Positions 37,975 to 52,451 of a stretch of 64,000 nucleotides of DNA are shown here, piece after piece. Under the pieces are notes generated by a model, which was not told where the DNA came from, did no database searches, and saw only the letters and a list, made by a program, of their open reading frames with translations. Every line of letters starts with the position of its first letter. Within the stretch, counting starts at the first letter, position 1. The stretch comes from Octopus vulgaris (taxonomy: Eukaryota): contig OX597822.1 in NCBI GenBank assembly GCA_951406725.2, positions 76,074,001 to 76,138,000 of the forward strand, written 5' to 3'. The position numbers and the translations under genes are program-made.

Positions 37975-38900
37975 AGATTTAAAGTCATTTAACGTCAAGG
38001 CATTTAACGAATTTAACTTCACTTAACGTCATTTAACGTTACGCCATCCAACGTCATTTCACGACATGTCACGTCATTTAACGTAATTTAACGTCACGTC
38101 AAATAACGTTAACTCCTAAAACGCCATTTAACGTAATTTAACGCCACATCATGTAACTTCGTTGGGCGTTATTTAGCGTCATTTAATGCCAATTCATATA
38201 ACGTCATTTAATGTCACGTCATGTAACTTCACTGGACGTCATTTAACGACATTCCAGGCGTTCCAGACATTCACACATTCCAGACATTTCCGACATTCTA
38301 GTCATTCCAGACATTCCAGGCATTCCAGATATTCGAGACATTCTAGATATGACATTCCAGACATTCCAGATATTCCTGACATTCCACACATTCTACGCAT
38401 TCTACGCATTCCAGACATTCCAGACATTCCAGACATTACATTCCAGACATTCCAGGCATTCCAGATATTCCAGATATTTCGGACTTTCCAGGCATTTACT
38501 AAATGAGATTCCAAACTTTCCAGACATCCCAAACATTCCAGAGATTCCACACATGACATTCCTGATATTCCGTGACATGACGTGACATTCCAGACATTCC
38601 CCACATTCCAGACATTCCATATATTCCACACATTCCAGACATTCCGGACATTCCAGCCATTCCTCACATTCCACACATTCCACACATTCGACACTGTCCG
38701 GACACATTCCAGACATTCCAGACATTGCAGGCATTCCAGATATTCCACACATTCCACACATTCCAGACATTGCAGGTATTTCAGACATTCCACACATTCC
38801 ACACATTCCAAATTTGCCAGGCATTCCATATATGACATTCCAGGCATTCTAGACATTCCAAACTTTCCGGACATTGCAAACATTTCAGACATTCCACACA
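37975..38900. repeat. Composite minisatellite: (ATTTAACGTC)-like units followed by (ACATTCCAG)-like units
   Basis: Direct reading; unit changes at ~38250. Confidence 0.9.
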
Positions 38901-38911
38901 TGAGATATATA

Positions 38912-39326
38912 CTCTTTACTCTTTACTCTTTTACTTGTTCCAGTCATTTGACTGCGGCCATGCTGGAGCACCGCCTTTAGTCGACCAAATCGACCCCGGG
39001 ACTTATTCTTTGTAAGCCCAGTACTTATTCTATCGGTCTCTTTTGCCGAACCGCTAAGTGACGGGGACGTAAACACACCAGCATCGGTTGTCAAGCAATG
39101 CTAGGGGGACAAACAGACACACAAACACGCACGCACACACACATATATATATATATGCATATATACGACAGGCTTCTTTCAGTTTCCGTCTACCAAATCC
39201 ACTCACAAGGCATTGGTCGGCCCGGGGCTATAGCAGAAGACACTTGCCCAAGATGCCACGCAGTGGGACTGGACCCGGAACCATGTGGTTGGTTAGCAAT
39301 CTACTTACCACACAGCCACTCCTGCG
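38912..39326 (-). mobile_element. SINE family A, full length, young
   Basis: Nearly identical to the reverse complement of 49880-50290. Confidence 0.93.
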
Positions 39327-40073
39327 CATATCTTTCACTGAAATATAACCTTCGTGAGAAATAAAAAAATGTAACAGATACTCTTTGAAAGGAGTACTCT
39401 GTAATACTTGCTCTGCTCCGAGTTATAGACAAATCTTTGTCGGTCTGACCTTGAGAAAACCAGTAAACAGTAAAATTTGCAGCCTTCGACGCTATTGTAC
39501 ATCAATTGTGATATGAAATAGAACAGAATGAAAAATCATACACAATCCCAGCTAACTGTATAATTTGCTTGGCTGCCGCATCTATCGTTCATGGCAGGCC
39601 GTGCTTTGGATTCTTTCAAACCTAATCCAATACCCACTCTTAATGGAAATATGTGTCGTAAGCTCTAGAAAAAAGGAACGAGAAAAAGTCTCAATGCGAT
39701 ATGGATTATCGACATCTATAATCGTTGTTGTTTGTTCATTTATTTATTTATTTAGTAATTTTTGTCCTGAGAGAAGTCTGTAATTTCCAAAGAATATTTT
39801 CGGAATTTCCATACGTATCCAAAATCATACCAGAGAAACGTGTGAACGGAAAAGACAAAAAAAGAAAGCCGGACCGAATTCTCCCTGAAGCAATATCTGC
39901 ATATTATGTAATATGCGTGTTCAGCAGAGGATATATCTACAGACATACACACACACACACACGTATATACACACGTGCACACAGTATTATACATACGTTT
40001 GATTTCAACACATTGTTACCATGAAGACATCAACAACAGCAACAACAACAAGAACAGTCGATAGCCATCCTCA

Positions 40074-40311
40074 TACGGGGTGTTCAAAAAGTCTCTCCGC
40101 AGTAAGCATTTAATGGTTTTCGGGCGATTCTTGTATACTGATCCTTTACTTGCACCCCAGAAAAAAGTCTGGTGGTGTTAAATCAAGTGATCTTGGTGAC
40201 CGAAATCTCTTCGAAATTATCCGTTCATCGAAAAACTCTTGAAGTAGCGCCATGGTAATGAGCAGGATGCAGAAAATTCATTGCGGAGATACTTTTCGAA
40301 CACCCTGTGTA
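40074..40311. mobile_element. Tc1/mariner-type MITE
   Basis: TIRs tacggggtgttcaaaaagtctctccgcagt / attgcggagatacttttcgaacaccctgtgta. Confidence 0.75.
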
Positions 40312-40332
40312 TGTGTGTGTGTGTGTATACTA

Positions 40333-40690
40333 TTTACTCTTTACTCTTTTACTTGTTTCAGTCATTTGATTGCGGCCATGCTTGAGCACCGCCTTTAGTC
40401 GACCAAATCGACCCCAGGACTTATTCTTTGTTAGCCTAGTACTTATTCTATCGGCCTCTTTTGCCGAACCGCTAAGTGACGGGTACAAACACAAACACAG
40501 AAACATACACACATACATATACATATATACGACGGGCTTCTTTCAGTTTCCGTCTACCAAATCCACTCACAAGGCTTTGGTCGGCCCGAGGCTATAGTAT
40601 AAGATACTTGCCCAAGGTGCCACGCAGTGGGACTGAACCCGGAACCATGTGGTTGGTAAGCAAGCCACTTACCTCACAGCCACTCCTACG
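40333..40690 (-). mobile_element. SINE family A with internal deletion
   Basis: Matches family A consensus. Confidence 0.9.
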
Positions 40691-40964
40691 CATATATATA
40701 CGCAACGTGAAGATTTGTTGTGAAGATTTGTTGGAACGTGAAGATTTGTTGGAATGTGAAGATTTGTTGGAACGTGCGAAAAATGTTTTACAGTATTTCT
40801 TCCGGCTCTTTACAATCTGAGTTCAAATTCCACCGCGGGCAACTTTATTATCCATCCTTTAGCGGGTCGATAAAATAAAGTCCTAATTGAGCACTGGAGC
40901 TGAAGCAATATACTTCCCCTCCCCTCAATATTTCTGATTTTGTGCCAAATTTTGAAATAGTTAC

Positions 40965-41346
40965 CGAAGCACTCCGTCGGTTACGACGACGAGGATTCCC
41001 GTTGATTCGATCAACGGAACAGCCTGCTCGTGAAATTAACGTGGAAGTGGCTGAGCACTCCACAGACACGCGTACCCTTAACACAGTTCTCGGGGAGATT
41101 CAGCGTCACACAGAGTGTGACAAAGCTGGCCCTTTGAAATACAGGCAGACCAGAAACAGGAAGAAAGAGTGAGAAAAGGTTGTGGTGAAAGAGTACAGCA
41201 GGGATCGCCACTACCCCCTACCAGAGCTCGTGGAGCTTTAGGTGTATTCGCTCAATAAACACTCACACTGCCCTGTCTGGGAATCGAAGCCGCGATCCCA
41301 TGACCGCAAGTCCGCTGCCCTAACCACTGGGCTATTGTGCCTCCAC
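40965..41346 (-). mobile_element. SINE family B
   Basis: Homologous to 13228-13583. Confidence 0.88.
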
Positions 41347-41379
41347 TGAAGTAGTTATCTATACTCAGTGAAAGCTGCG

Positions 41380-41880
41380 AGCTTGCAAAACTATTAGAGT
41401 GTCAGAAAAACCGTTTTACGATATTTCTTCCGAATAAAATAAGTTCCAGTTTAATGCTGGAGTTGATGTAATCGATTTCTTCCCCGCCTTCTAAAACTTT
41501 GCTGACCTTGCTCCAAAATTTGCAACCATTATACCTGTGTTCAACTGCTACTTATTCCATCGACCCCCAAACGATAAAAGGCGAAGTCCACCTCGGAAAT
41601 ATGCCAACACAGAACATAAAAACGAGCGAAATTCCGCTAAGTTTTTTGCCCAGCGCGCTGACGACTCTGTCATCTCACCGACAAACTATATAGTGATAAT
41701 ATTGGTTTCAAATTTTGGCACAAAGCCAGCAATTTCGGGGGCAGGACTAAATCGATTACATTGACCCTAGTGTTTAACTGGTACTAATTTTATCGACCCC
41801 CGAAACAATGAAAGGCAAAGTCGGCCTTGGCAGAATTTGAACTCAGAACGTAAGGTTGGACAAAATGCCGCTACGTATTT
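41380..41880. mobile_element. Cluster of diverged SINE family C fragments
   Basis: tatcgacccccgaaacaatgaaaggcaaagtcggccttggcagaatttgaactcagaacgtaa and related fragments. Confidence 0.7.
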
Positions 41881-43489
41881 TAATATAGTGACAATATTAA
41901 TCAGGTACGAAATGACTTTCTTAAAACTCGCTTCTACCTCACTTGGATTTCTATGTAGAGGAAGCAAGTCATTGGATGCTTAACCAAATCTTATATATTC
42001 ACTCCGCTTTCTGCCATTGAGATGCTGTGCGAATGTTGGCGAATTCATTATGATAATAGACTTTTAAGCGATAAACAGAAAGGTACCCGAAGAGAAGGAG
42101 CATGGAGATTTGTGTAGCACCCGAAATTTACATGCTATGCGTTTTTAAAGTCGTTTAAAATATTTATTTCACTCAAAACCTGACTTTGCTCTTCAGTTGG
42201 GAAAATACTGCCGGCGACGATTACTAATCCTATATTCAAGCGAGACCCATGAAGGAAAACTGCTTCAGCGCCTGGGACTGTACAGCTACAGCATATACAG
42301 TAGTAGCAGCGCAGTTCTAATGCAGGACTATCCCGTTCATTTCAGTCACTCTACAGATGTGCCTACACCTCAATCTGATTTTATTACAATTGCCTCTGCT
42401 CCGCGTATTTCGTTGATTTTGCGTCATTAGCCATTCAGGGTCACCGCCTGCAATACTCAACTTTCAACTTAGTCAAGGTGAACATCAGATATGCTCATCA
42501 CACACACCTATGTCTTGAAGGCCCCTACAAACCTTGACTACAGCCAATTCAAGATCAAACCGTTAAGAAATGTCAGTTTTCCAAGTGGCTACAAAAAGTA
42601 CCAGCAAAACTCGATCGATGCCTTAGAAGATGTCTAATCGCAGAATCGCCACGTTTTGAAATTCCAGCAACAGAATCATCACAATGGTATAAATAGTTTA
42701 CGTTTGTGTTAAGTTGAAGAGAATCTAACAATCTGTTTTAATTCTTGCAGCAATAATGGAATGTAGAAAAGACACCAAACCAATTTCTCAAAAGAGAAAA
42801 AAAAAAGAAGAGATTTTCTGTCTGGTTGAAGAATTCGTGTGGAATCTTGGGAGATCACAGTGATTGTGAAATGCGATAATTCAAAAGTTTGAAACCACAC
42901 TGAACTCGAGGCAGTTTTTCGAAGAATCTTTAGAACTTTCAAAAGATTCCTTAGTAATGTGGCAATGGTAAAGATTAAAGAATAATGCTCGAAGTCATGA
43001 TATTGGCCGAGTATAAATTAATGATGATATTGATACAGCAGAAATGCGAGAACAGGAGAGCAGAGATCAGCTTTCGGCGAGCTCACTAGCGTAGAGGTCA
43101 ACTTTTGGTAATCAAGGTTCACTATCCGTTTCTCATCCACGACTGTACTTTTAACTATTTCACTTCAATATCATCATTAATGATCTTGTATAAAGGAACA
43201 GGATGAATGTCACAAAAGCAATGTGCCGGAGTTTAATATAAGAGGTTTCAGTCAATATTTGAAATAGCTCATTAATTTCTTCTTTGGTTAGAAGTCTAAC
43301 CTTCATTGGTGAAAGGAGTAGATTCTTCATTTTAGTCTTCTATCACAACTCCATTCTCATACAGGACATTATAGGAATATTAAATCAATGCTTGACTGGT
43401 ATTAGGTTATATCACATGAAATGGGAAAAAGGAATAATTTTAAAAGCTATTGTAGATCATTATATATAAATCAAAATAACTCCATTAGC

Positions 43490-44250
43490 CTCAGCAACTT
43501 TGGAGACAACACCTTTTCTTTGAAAAATATCATTCTTCTTTGAAACTATAACTGTTCAAATGCTACCATTACTTCTTTCTTGCTTGTGTACTTTTTGTCG
43601 GGGACGATAAGCTTGAGGTGGCGAAATAAATGATATCTGTAGATGATAAGCTTGGAGAATGTGGAGGATGATTGAATATTCCCATAATTAAGCGGCTGCA
43701 ACCTTGCTTTGGCCTCATTTGCGAATGGAATTTGGCATTGTCATGCAAGAGTATAGACACTTGTCTCTTTATTAATGCCGAATACTTCCCAGCAAATTTA
43801 GAATTTTTTTTTTTCAATTTGCTATCAGTTGTATTGGGATGTTACTATTTCTCCTGGCTGCAGAAACGAATAATGGATGATCTCTTAACAGTATCACTAA
43901 TGTGTAACCATAAGCTTTAGGGGGTTTAGAAGGGACTTTGGAATATGTCAAGACGATTCTAGTCATAGCGAAGATCTCGTAATGTAGTCATTAAGACCCA
44001 TTTTTCGTGACAGGTGATTATTCTTTTCAGTGGTTTTGCGCAAGAAGTAAAGAACAGACTATCAAACGACGCGTCTTGTAAACAATATTTAATTCGTGTG
44101 GAACAAATTCGTCCATCTTTTTCACTTCACCGATCGTTTCCAGGGCTCGAATAATAGTCCTAGGCTTATCCTCCACAACATTTTTTCAATGTTTCATCAC
44201 AGCACTGATAGACGATGTCCACTGATAGAGAAGCACGTCTCCTGTTTTCC
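43490..44250 (-). pseudogene. Decayed mariner transposase
   Basis: ILLHDNAKFHS...FNHPPHSPSLSSTD motifs on the minus strand. Confidence 0.65.
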
Positions 44251-44274
44251 CTAACGTTCAATCAACACAATAGG

Positions 44275-44620
44275 ATCAGGTATGACTGTGCAGTTAAGAA
44301 GCTTGTTTCCCAATGATGTGGTCTTGAGTACAGTACCGTTGCACAACCCTCTCGACAAGTGCCTTCTTCTTTAGCTCTGAGCCAAACAAGATCTTATATG
44401 TGGATTTGGTAGACGGACATATATTGGTGGGGTGGATTGTTGTCCATGGCCATGGCTTGACATGTGTTGATTTCTTTGTCTCTGTATTTAGTGGTAGCTC
44501 AAAACAGATTGAAAACAAACATGTTTTTTTTTAATGTGTGCTGCGGACGATTTATTCGATGAAACACACTTTAAAGCAGTGCTCCAGCATGGCTGCGGTC
44601 CAATAACTGAAAGAGTTTAA
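44275..44620 (+). mobile_element. SINE family A, diverged
   Basis: gtggatttggtagacgg...gcagtgctccagcatggctgcggtccaataactgaaa. Confidence 0.75.
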
Positions 44621-44849
44621 AAAAAATAAAATAGATTTTAAAAATGGTACACAACATTGACAATGTTATATGTATATAATATTCTGCTATACGGGTGACT
44701 GCACTTTGCAGTGACGTGTTTAAATTTAGAGTTGTTACCAATTCAAATATGCTTGAGGCATGTTCGAACCAGTAAGAAAGCTAATCCCTGCATTTTGTAA
44801 TGGAGAAAATTTCGTATTGTACGCAGAAACGTATAAACACAAGGAGTGA

Positions 44850-45245
44850 ATTCGCAGAGCACTCTAACCAGATTGTCGGATACATGCATTTCAGAGCGAT
44901 TGCCTCCTCTTCAGCGGCAGAGACCATAAAGTTAGACGAGACGAACTGACACAAGAGACAGGTCCCTCTTATGGCATACCCGTCATCGATCAATGACCGG
45001 TAGTGCTATTCAGCGGCTCGCCGTAAAGAAAATACTGGTTGACAGCGTTAAGCATTGATGCATATAAATACAAACCTGTTGCCAGTTCAAATATCCGTGA
45101 GGCATATTCGCTGTTGGCAAATAGATGTAAGTACACCGAGTCAGCGCACTGCATCGCCTAGCCAGACTGTTGGATGCATGCATTTCGGGGTGAATATTTC
45201 CTCTTCAGTAGCAGAGACCAGAATAATAGACGCTACAAACTGAGA
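44850..45245 (-). repeat. Diverged tandem duplication (period ~294 bp), each unit with a hammerhead-like core
   Basis: Minus strand CTGAAGA-ggag...ctct-GAAA-tgcat (44885-44914) and CTGAAGA-gg...cc-GAAA-tgcat (45179-45208). Confidence 0.6.
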
Positions 45246-45957
45246 TGCATTTATCTGAAAAGTGGCCTATTTTTACAGACCAGTAATAATCACATAACAT
45301 AACTGATAGTGAATGACAAATACCTAATCATCCTGATGCTATTAGCATGAGAGTAGTTCAATCTCGTGAGTGAACGTTGGATGTTTTGGACGTAATCCAG
45401 GTGATTTGCAGATCTTCCTAGAGTTCAATTCCATTCAATTCCAAACTTCATTAGCTTTCTGCAAGAATTTTATAGTCACACATGTTTTAACTGAAAATTA
45501 CGATAAAGAACGAAATACTGAGCAGCGTGGTATGCTTGTTGCATACAGCTTCGACAGACATTATACAGATGGTGTAGGAGGAATACAGTGGGGGGGGGGA
45601 GAAAGATAAGAAGATGAAGAAGAGAAAAAGAGAAGATAAGATGAAGAAGAGGGAGATAAGAAAATGAAGAGAGAAGAGGGGAATGAGAAGAAGATGGGAA
45701 GAAGATGATGAAAAGGAAGATAAGAAGGATAACAATAACAACAGCAAGAAGAAGAAGAAGGAGAAGAAGAAGAAGCAGGAGGAGGAAGAGAAGAACGTGT
45801 GGGTTTGGTAATGTGCTTGAGGGGTGGCGGTGAGACGTTCCAGCATCGAACTTATTTAGGGAACGGATATTAAAATGAGCGCTTCGAATAGAAAGATCTG
45901 GAAATCAATTTATTCATAAGACTCGAAGGAATGACTAAAATATGCGCATAGAATGGT

Positions 45958-47340
<1,383 letters not shown>

Positions 47341-47379
47341 TGATGACTTAGCTGTAGTAACAATAGAAATCGCGATTGT

Positions 47380-47567
47380 AATCCTTTCTACTATAGGCAA
47401 AATGCCTGAAAGTTACATCGACCCCAGTGCGTAACTGGTACTTTACTTAGCGACCCTGAAAGGCGAAGTCGACTCAGAAGGTAAAGACAGACGAGATACC
47501 GCTAAGCATTTCGCTCTGTGCGCTAACGATTCTGCCAGCTCTCTGCCTTAATAATAATAATAACAAC

Positions 47568-47644
<77 letters not shown>

Positions 47645-47830
47645 TTATCTCAAATTATGGCACAACTTCAGTAATTTTGAGAAGAGGGGAAAATTGGTTT
47701 TACGGACTTCAGTGCGCAAGTGGTACATATTTTATAGAGCTCCAAATGATAAAAAAATTAGGCAAGGTCGGCCTCGGCAGAATCTGTGCTCAAAAGGTAA
47801 GGAGCCGGAGGTTAATACCGCTAAGCCTTT
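47380..47830 (-). mobile_element. Two SINE family C fragments around (AAT)n
   Basis: catcgaccccagtgcgtaactggtac...gctaacgattctgccagctc. Confidence 0.7.
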
Positions 47831-47989
47831 TTCTGGAGCTTTAAGAATTTTCACAACATGCTTCCTTGATAACGATTATGATTTGATGATGTTGATTGCT
47901 TTTGTTGTTGTAGTTATAAATATTGCTTTCTTTTATCAATAATAAGGATTTCCTTTATAAAATACCAAATATAAATAAATAGCAATGAG

Positions 47990-48770
47990 GGAAAATTTAA
48001 ACAAAAGAAGTTATTAATGTGGAAATCATGAACATGACAATCTATAGGCGGAAATAATTAAATAAATAAAACTAATTCTTCCTATGGACGTTCGAAATTA
48101 TCTCCCAAGGGATAAAATTCAACAGTAAAATACCAACAATAAAAAAAAATATCGCATATCCTGACATTTTAAAGAAAAACAGACACGAATATCAATATCA
48201 CCAGGTTAATCGAAATAATATAGGCAGCAGTCACTGTAATAACAAAGGAAAATGGGAATCTCCTCACATATACATAAAAAAAAAGAATATAAAATCTCAA
48301 ACAAACAGTATGGAAAATAATACTAAATAAAAGACAGGAAATAATAGATGAGTTCTTTCAGTCCTCGTTGAAATCAATGCTGGAATGGCACAAATGAAAA
48401 ACGAAAGTAAAAAGTGTGGCAAATACAACTTTAAAAGAAGGCTCTTAAATATGAGAGTATTTAAAATAGATCTTCGCTAAATTGTGAGAGGACCAGGCAG
48501 TATGAAAATCGACAAAGGTTCTTTGAACAATGAGTCGAATCCAGTCAAAAACGATTTTACCAAGAACTAAGGAAAATGATATAGAAATCAATGTGCGAAA
48601 GGCAAAAAAATAAAATAAAATAAAATAAAATAAAAAGTAGAATTCTGTGGAGGAGAATGAGCTGCGAAGTAATAAACACGAACAAAATTGTTCAAAACAA
48701 CGAGCACAACAACTGAACAATCGCAGCAAGCCACGCAGCAATTGGAAAAAAACAAAAAACAAAGCAAAAA
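47990..48770 (+). mobile_element. Decayed Dong/R4-like LINE ORF remnant
   Basis: Fragments II*AAVTVIT, VWKIILNK, LSVLVEI, ESNP.KRFYQELRKNDIEIN resemble the pre-RT region of Dong/R4-type elements (from memory, not aligned). Confidence 0.45.
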
Positions 48771-48774
48771 TGAA

Positions 48775-49140
48775 TAGGCGTGGCTGTGTGGGAAAAGCTT
48801 GCTTCGCAACCACATGGTTCCGGTTTCAGTCCCACTGCGTAGAACCTTGGGCAACTGTCTTCTACTATAGCCTCGGGCCGACCAAAAGCTTGCGAGTGGA
48901 TTTGGTTGACGGAAACTGAAAGAATCTCGTCGTATATATGTATATATTTGAGTGTGTTTGTCCCCCGACCATCGCTTATCAACCGATGTCAGTGTGCTTA
49001 CGTCCCCGTAGCATAACGGTTCGGCAGAAGAGACCGATAGAATAAGTACTAGGCTTACAAAGAATAAGTCCTTGGGTCGATTTCTCGACTAAAGGTGGTG
49101 CTCCAGCATGGTCACAGACAAATTACAAGTAAAAGAATAG
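48775..49140 (+). mobile_element. SINE family A
   Basis: Matches family A consensus. Confidence 0.9.
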
Positions 49141-49879
49141 AACAAACCAGAGTTACGAAGTATCGGGATATGACTAAATGCCAAATTTCGGGTTTAGATA
49201 TTTCACAGGGACACATAATGATATCTTATTATTGAAGATACTGCCAGACGATACCTGATAGATTCACCGAGTCTAAATCTATTTTAATCTTGAAGACCAA
49301 ACAAAACAGAACAGCTAAAATCTATTATAAAATATCAACGGTAGATCTTTGAAGGCACGTGGCCTAGCGTCATTGGATTGGATGGAAATGGAGAAATCTT
49401 AACAGACCGGGCGGCAGGACAGGACAGAACAGATGCGACTGACCTCAAAGACGAGCAGCCGAAAAAGGACGACAATGCCTGAACCGGACAGCGATCATGT
49501 AGTAGGGGAGGGGAAATGTTGAAGAGGGTAGAGAGAGTAAGGAATAGGAGAGAGGGAAAATAAATGAGAGGGACCAAAGAATGAGAGGGAGGGGAGAGAC
49601 AGAGAGAAAAGTACAAGGAGGTAAGTGAGGAAGGAAAACAAAAAGAAATTGAATAAAAAGAGGGGAAGAGATTAAAGAACACGAGAGACGGAGAGAGGGA
49701 GAGAAGGGAGGAATAAGGGAGAAAACCGAGGATGAGAGGGTGAAAGAGACAGAGAGAGAAAGGAAGAAAAGGAGGGAGAGAAGAGGAAGGTATAAGGGAG
49801 AACTGTGAGGAAAAGAGGGTGAGAGTCGTACATAATATTCAAGGGGTATATTTTTACAAAGTAAACAACAAGTTTATAT

Positions 49880-50290
49880 AGGCGCAGGAGTGGCTGTGTG
49901 GTAAGTAACTTGCTAACCAACCTCATGGTTCCGGGTTCAGTCCCACTGCGTGGCATCTTGGGCAATTATCTTCTGCTATAGCCCCGGGCCGACCAATGCC
50001 TTGTGAGTGGATTTGGTAGACGGAAACTGAAAGAAGCCTGTCGTATATATGTATATATATATATATATGTATGTGTGTTTGTGTGTCTGTGTTTGTCTCC
50101 CTAGCATTGCTTGATAACCGATGCTGGTGTGTTTACGTCCCCGTCACTTAGCGGTTCGGCAAAAAGAGACCGATAGAATAAGTACTGGGCTTACAAAGAA
50201 TAAGTCCCGGGGTCGATTTGCTCGACTAAAGGCGGTGCTCCAGCATGGCCGCAGTCAAATGACTGAAACAAGTAAAAGAGAGAAAGAGAA
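49880..50290 (+). mobile_element. SINE family A, full length, young
   Basis: ggcgcaggagtggctgtgtggtaag (A box), gggttcagtccc (B box), CORE-like cttgggcaa, internal (TA)/(TG), LINE-like tail. Confidence 0.93.
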
Positions 50291-50659
50291 AGTTGTACAT
50301 AACGCTGCATGGATAAATCAAAGGTAGAACAGAAAGAACATAACAAACGGAAACCGTCAAAGCACAACATACGAGAAAGAGGACAATAGCGTGAAAATGG
50401 CAAACAGGACAAAACAAGATACACAGATCATTCGCAGCTGATTGCTTCTTGAGTCGAAGTCCGGAATGCCTTCGTAGTTTAGCCCTCTTAGCTCCGATAC
50501 TACTCGAAACCAACTAGGCCAGGGATTTAAGCTAAAAGCATTAAGCATCTGAGCAAAGTAAACGAATGTATATATATACTTTATTTAAAGCATATTACTC
50601 TACCACTGGTATTTGAGTACTCTTTTTTCCACCTTGTTTCACATTTATGTGTTTACTCC

Positions 50660-50728
<69 letters not shown>

Positions 50729-50889
50729 ACAAATAGGCAAACAACAGAAACGGACGAACGTAACATATGAAATAGAATTATACATATACAATGAAGAAAC
50801 GCCTTTCGGCTGTACAACAAACGGAAGATAGTTATACAATTACAGCATATACACACACACACACACACACACTCATCTATATATATATA

Positions 50890-51417
50890 CAAGCAAAATG
50901 CCCCCGTCCAATGGACGGTGCTGAGTTGTCGAACATTTAAACCAACTTGTCCGACCGTCCCATAGGCCTCCCCTTTGAGAAACACTGATTTAGCCTAAAT
51001 CTGAGACACCAGCAAAAGAAGAAGTAAAAATAGACATTTTTTTCTATTCCAAAGACAAACGATTTTATTCACACAAATATGCAACCGAAGAGTTTAAAGT
51101 ACCAGTAAGGATAAGGCTGTTGACTGGGAGAACACAAACATGGTTTAAACGGTAAGCTTGGCAGGAAAGAAACGTGCCTTTAAGCAGTGCAAAAACAACA
51201 AAAAGTGGAAGGTGGAGTTATGTACAGGTTGACGAAAGAAAAGCAGGACAAGAACGACTTTATCGATGGCATTCTCACCTGGAATCGATTTTTGTAATTT
51301 CAAGACGTATGCACGCCCTGATACCGTCGGTATCTATATATCAAATTTGAGCGCAATCGGATGGAGGATGCCCGAGATCCTAGAAGACACACAGACATAC
51401 AGAATGGATTTTATATA

Positions 51418-51420
<3 letters not shown>
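50890..51420 (-). mobile_element. Non-autonomous Helitron-like element, copy 2
   Basis: Minus strand starts TCttatataaaatcc and ends ccgtcca-t-tggacgg hairpin + ggcattttgCTTG, between A and T. Confidence 0.65.
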
Positions 51421-51479
<59 letters not shown>

Positions 51480-51640
51480 CAGATTTATAGAAAACAATAG
51501 ACGACGGGCGTGGAAACAAGCAGATGTATTAGTTTGACATCGGGAAGAATGGAAAAGCGTTTGAAGTTTCGAGCCTAGGCTCTGCAACAGAAAGTTGTGA
51601 GAGGGAAAAAATGGAGAGAGAACGAAAAAAACCGAGATTT
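51480..51640 (-). mobile_element. Short dispersed repeat with a CUGUUGA-type hammerhead variant
   Basis: Homologous to 62715-62860 and 63545-63725. Confidence 0.65.
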
Positions 51641-51714
51641 AAAAAATATAGAGGTATTATACAAGTAATAATATGTTTGTGTGTGGCAATTGATGTATGT
51701 TAATATAATACATG

Positions 51715-51888
51715 TATGTATGTATGTATGTATGTATGTATGTATGTATGTATGTATGTATGTATGTATGTATGTATGTATGTATGTATGTATGTATGTA
51801 TGTATGTATGTATGTATGTATGTATGTATGTATGTATGTATGTATGTATGTGTGTGTGTGTGTGTGTGTATGCATACACACATGCATT

Positions 51889-51958
<70 letters not shown>

Positions 51959-51960
51959 TA
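51715..51960. repeat. (TATG)n-(TG)n-(GATA)n microsatellite
   Basis: Direct reading. Confidence 0.95.
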
Positions 51961-52451
51961 GATGCAACCAAAATGGATAAGGAGAAAACCACGCTATGTT
52001 TATAATCCTTATGTATAATAAAGATACGCGTAAACCATTGATATAGTGATAAGAGCCAAAGTATGAATGCTGGAGTTAAAATTGTACATATGGCGATTAA
52101 GCTAATAAAGTAGCATATCTATATGTGTCTAGGATTATAGACATATATATATATAACTATTGGAATATTAGACTGCCGGATAGTATTTGTCAGTCTTAAT
52201 TATTTATGATGATAAGTAATTCTTTTTGAATGTGTGTTAAGAACGAATATTCTTGCAAACATTTTGTTGAGTAGTCTTCTCTAGCATACCCGTGTCGTCA
52301 GATATACCATTAATACGAAACCGATGAGAGAAACCATTGATCAATATCAGCAATCGCGTCAATATATGTACATACACCATACTGAAGCACGTGAATAATG
52401 AGACACGAGTGCAGTGTTTCGGTTAAAATTATCGTCCTGATTATATTTGCA

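Noticed and set aside
38186-38980. ORFs up to 199 aa, and a CRISPR-like regular repeat appearance
   Set aside because: A 9 bp tandem minisatellite without unique spacers or cas genes, in eukaryotic context.
42300-43100. Possible very old LINE RT fragments
   Set aside because: Only faint motif similarity (RPIS, KWLQKVP); cannot be supported without alignment.
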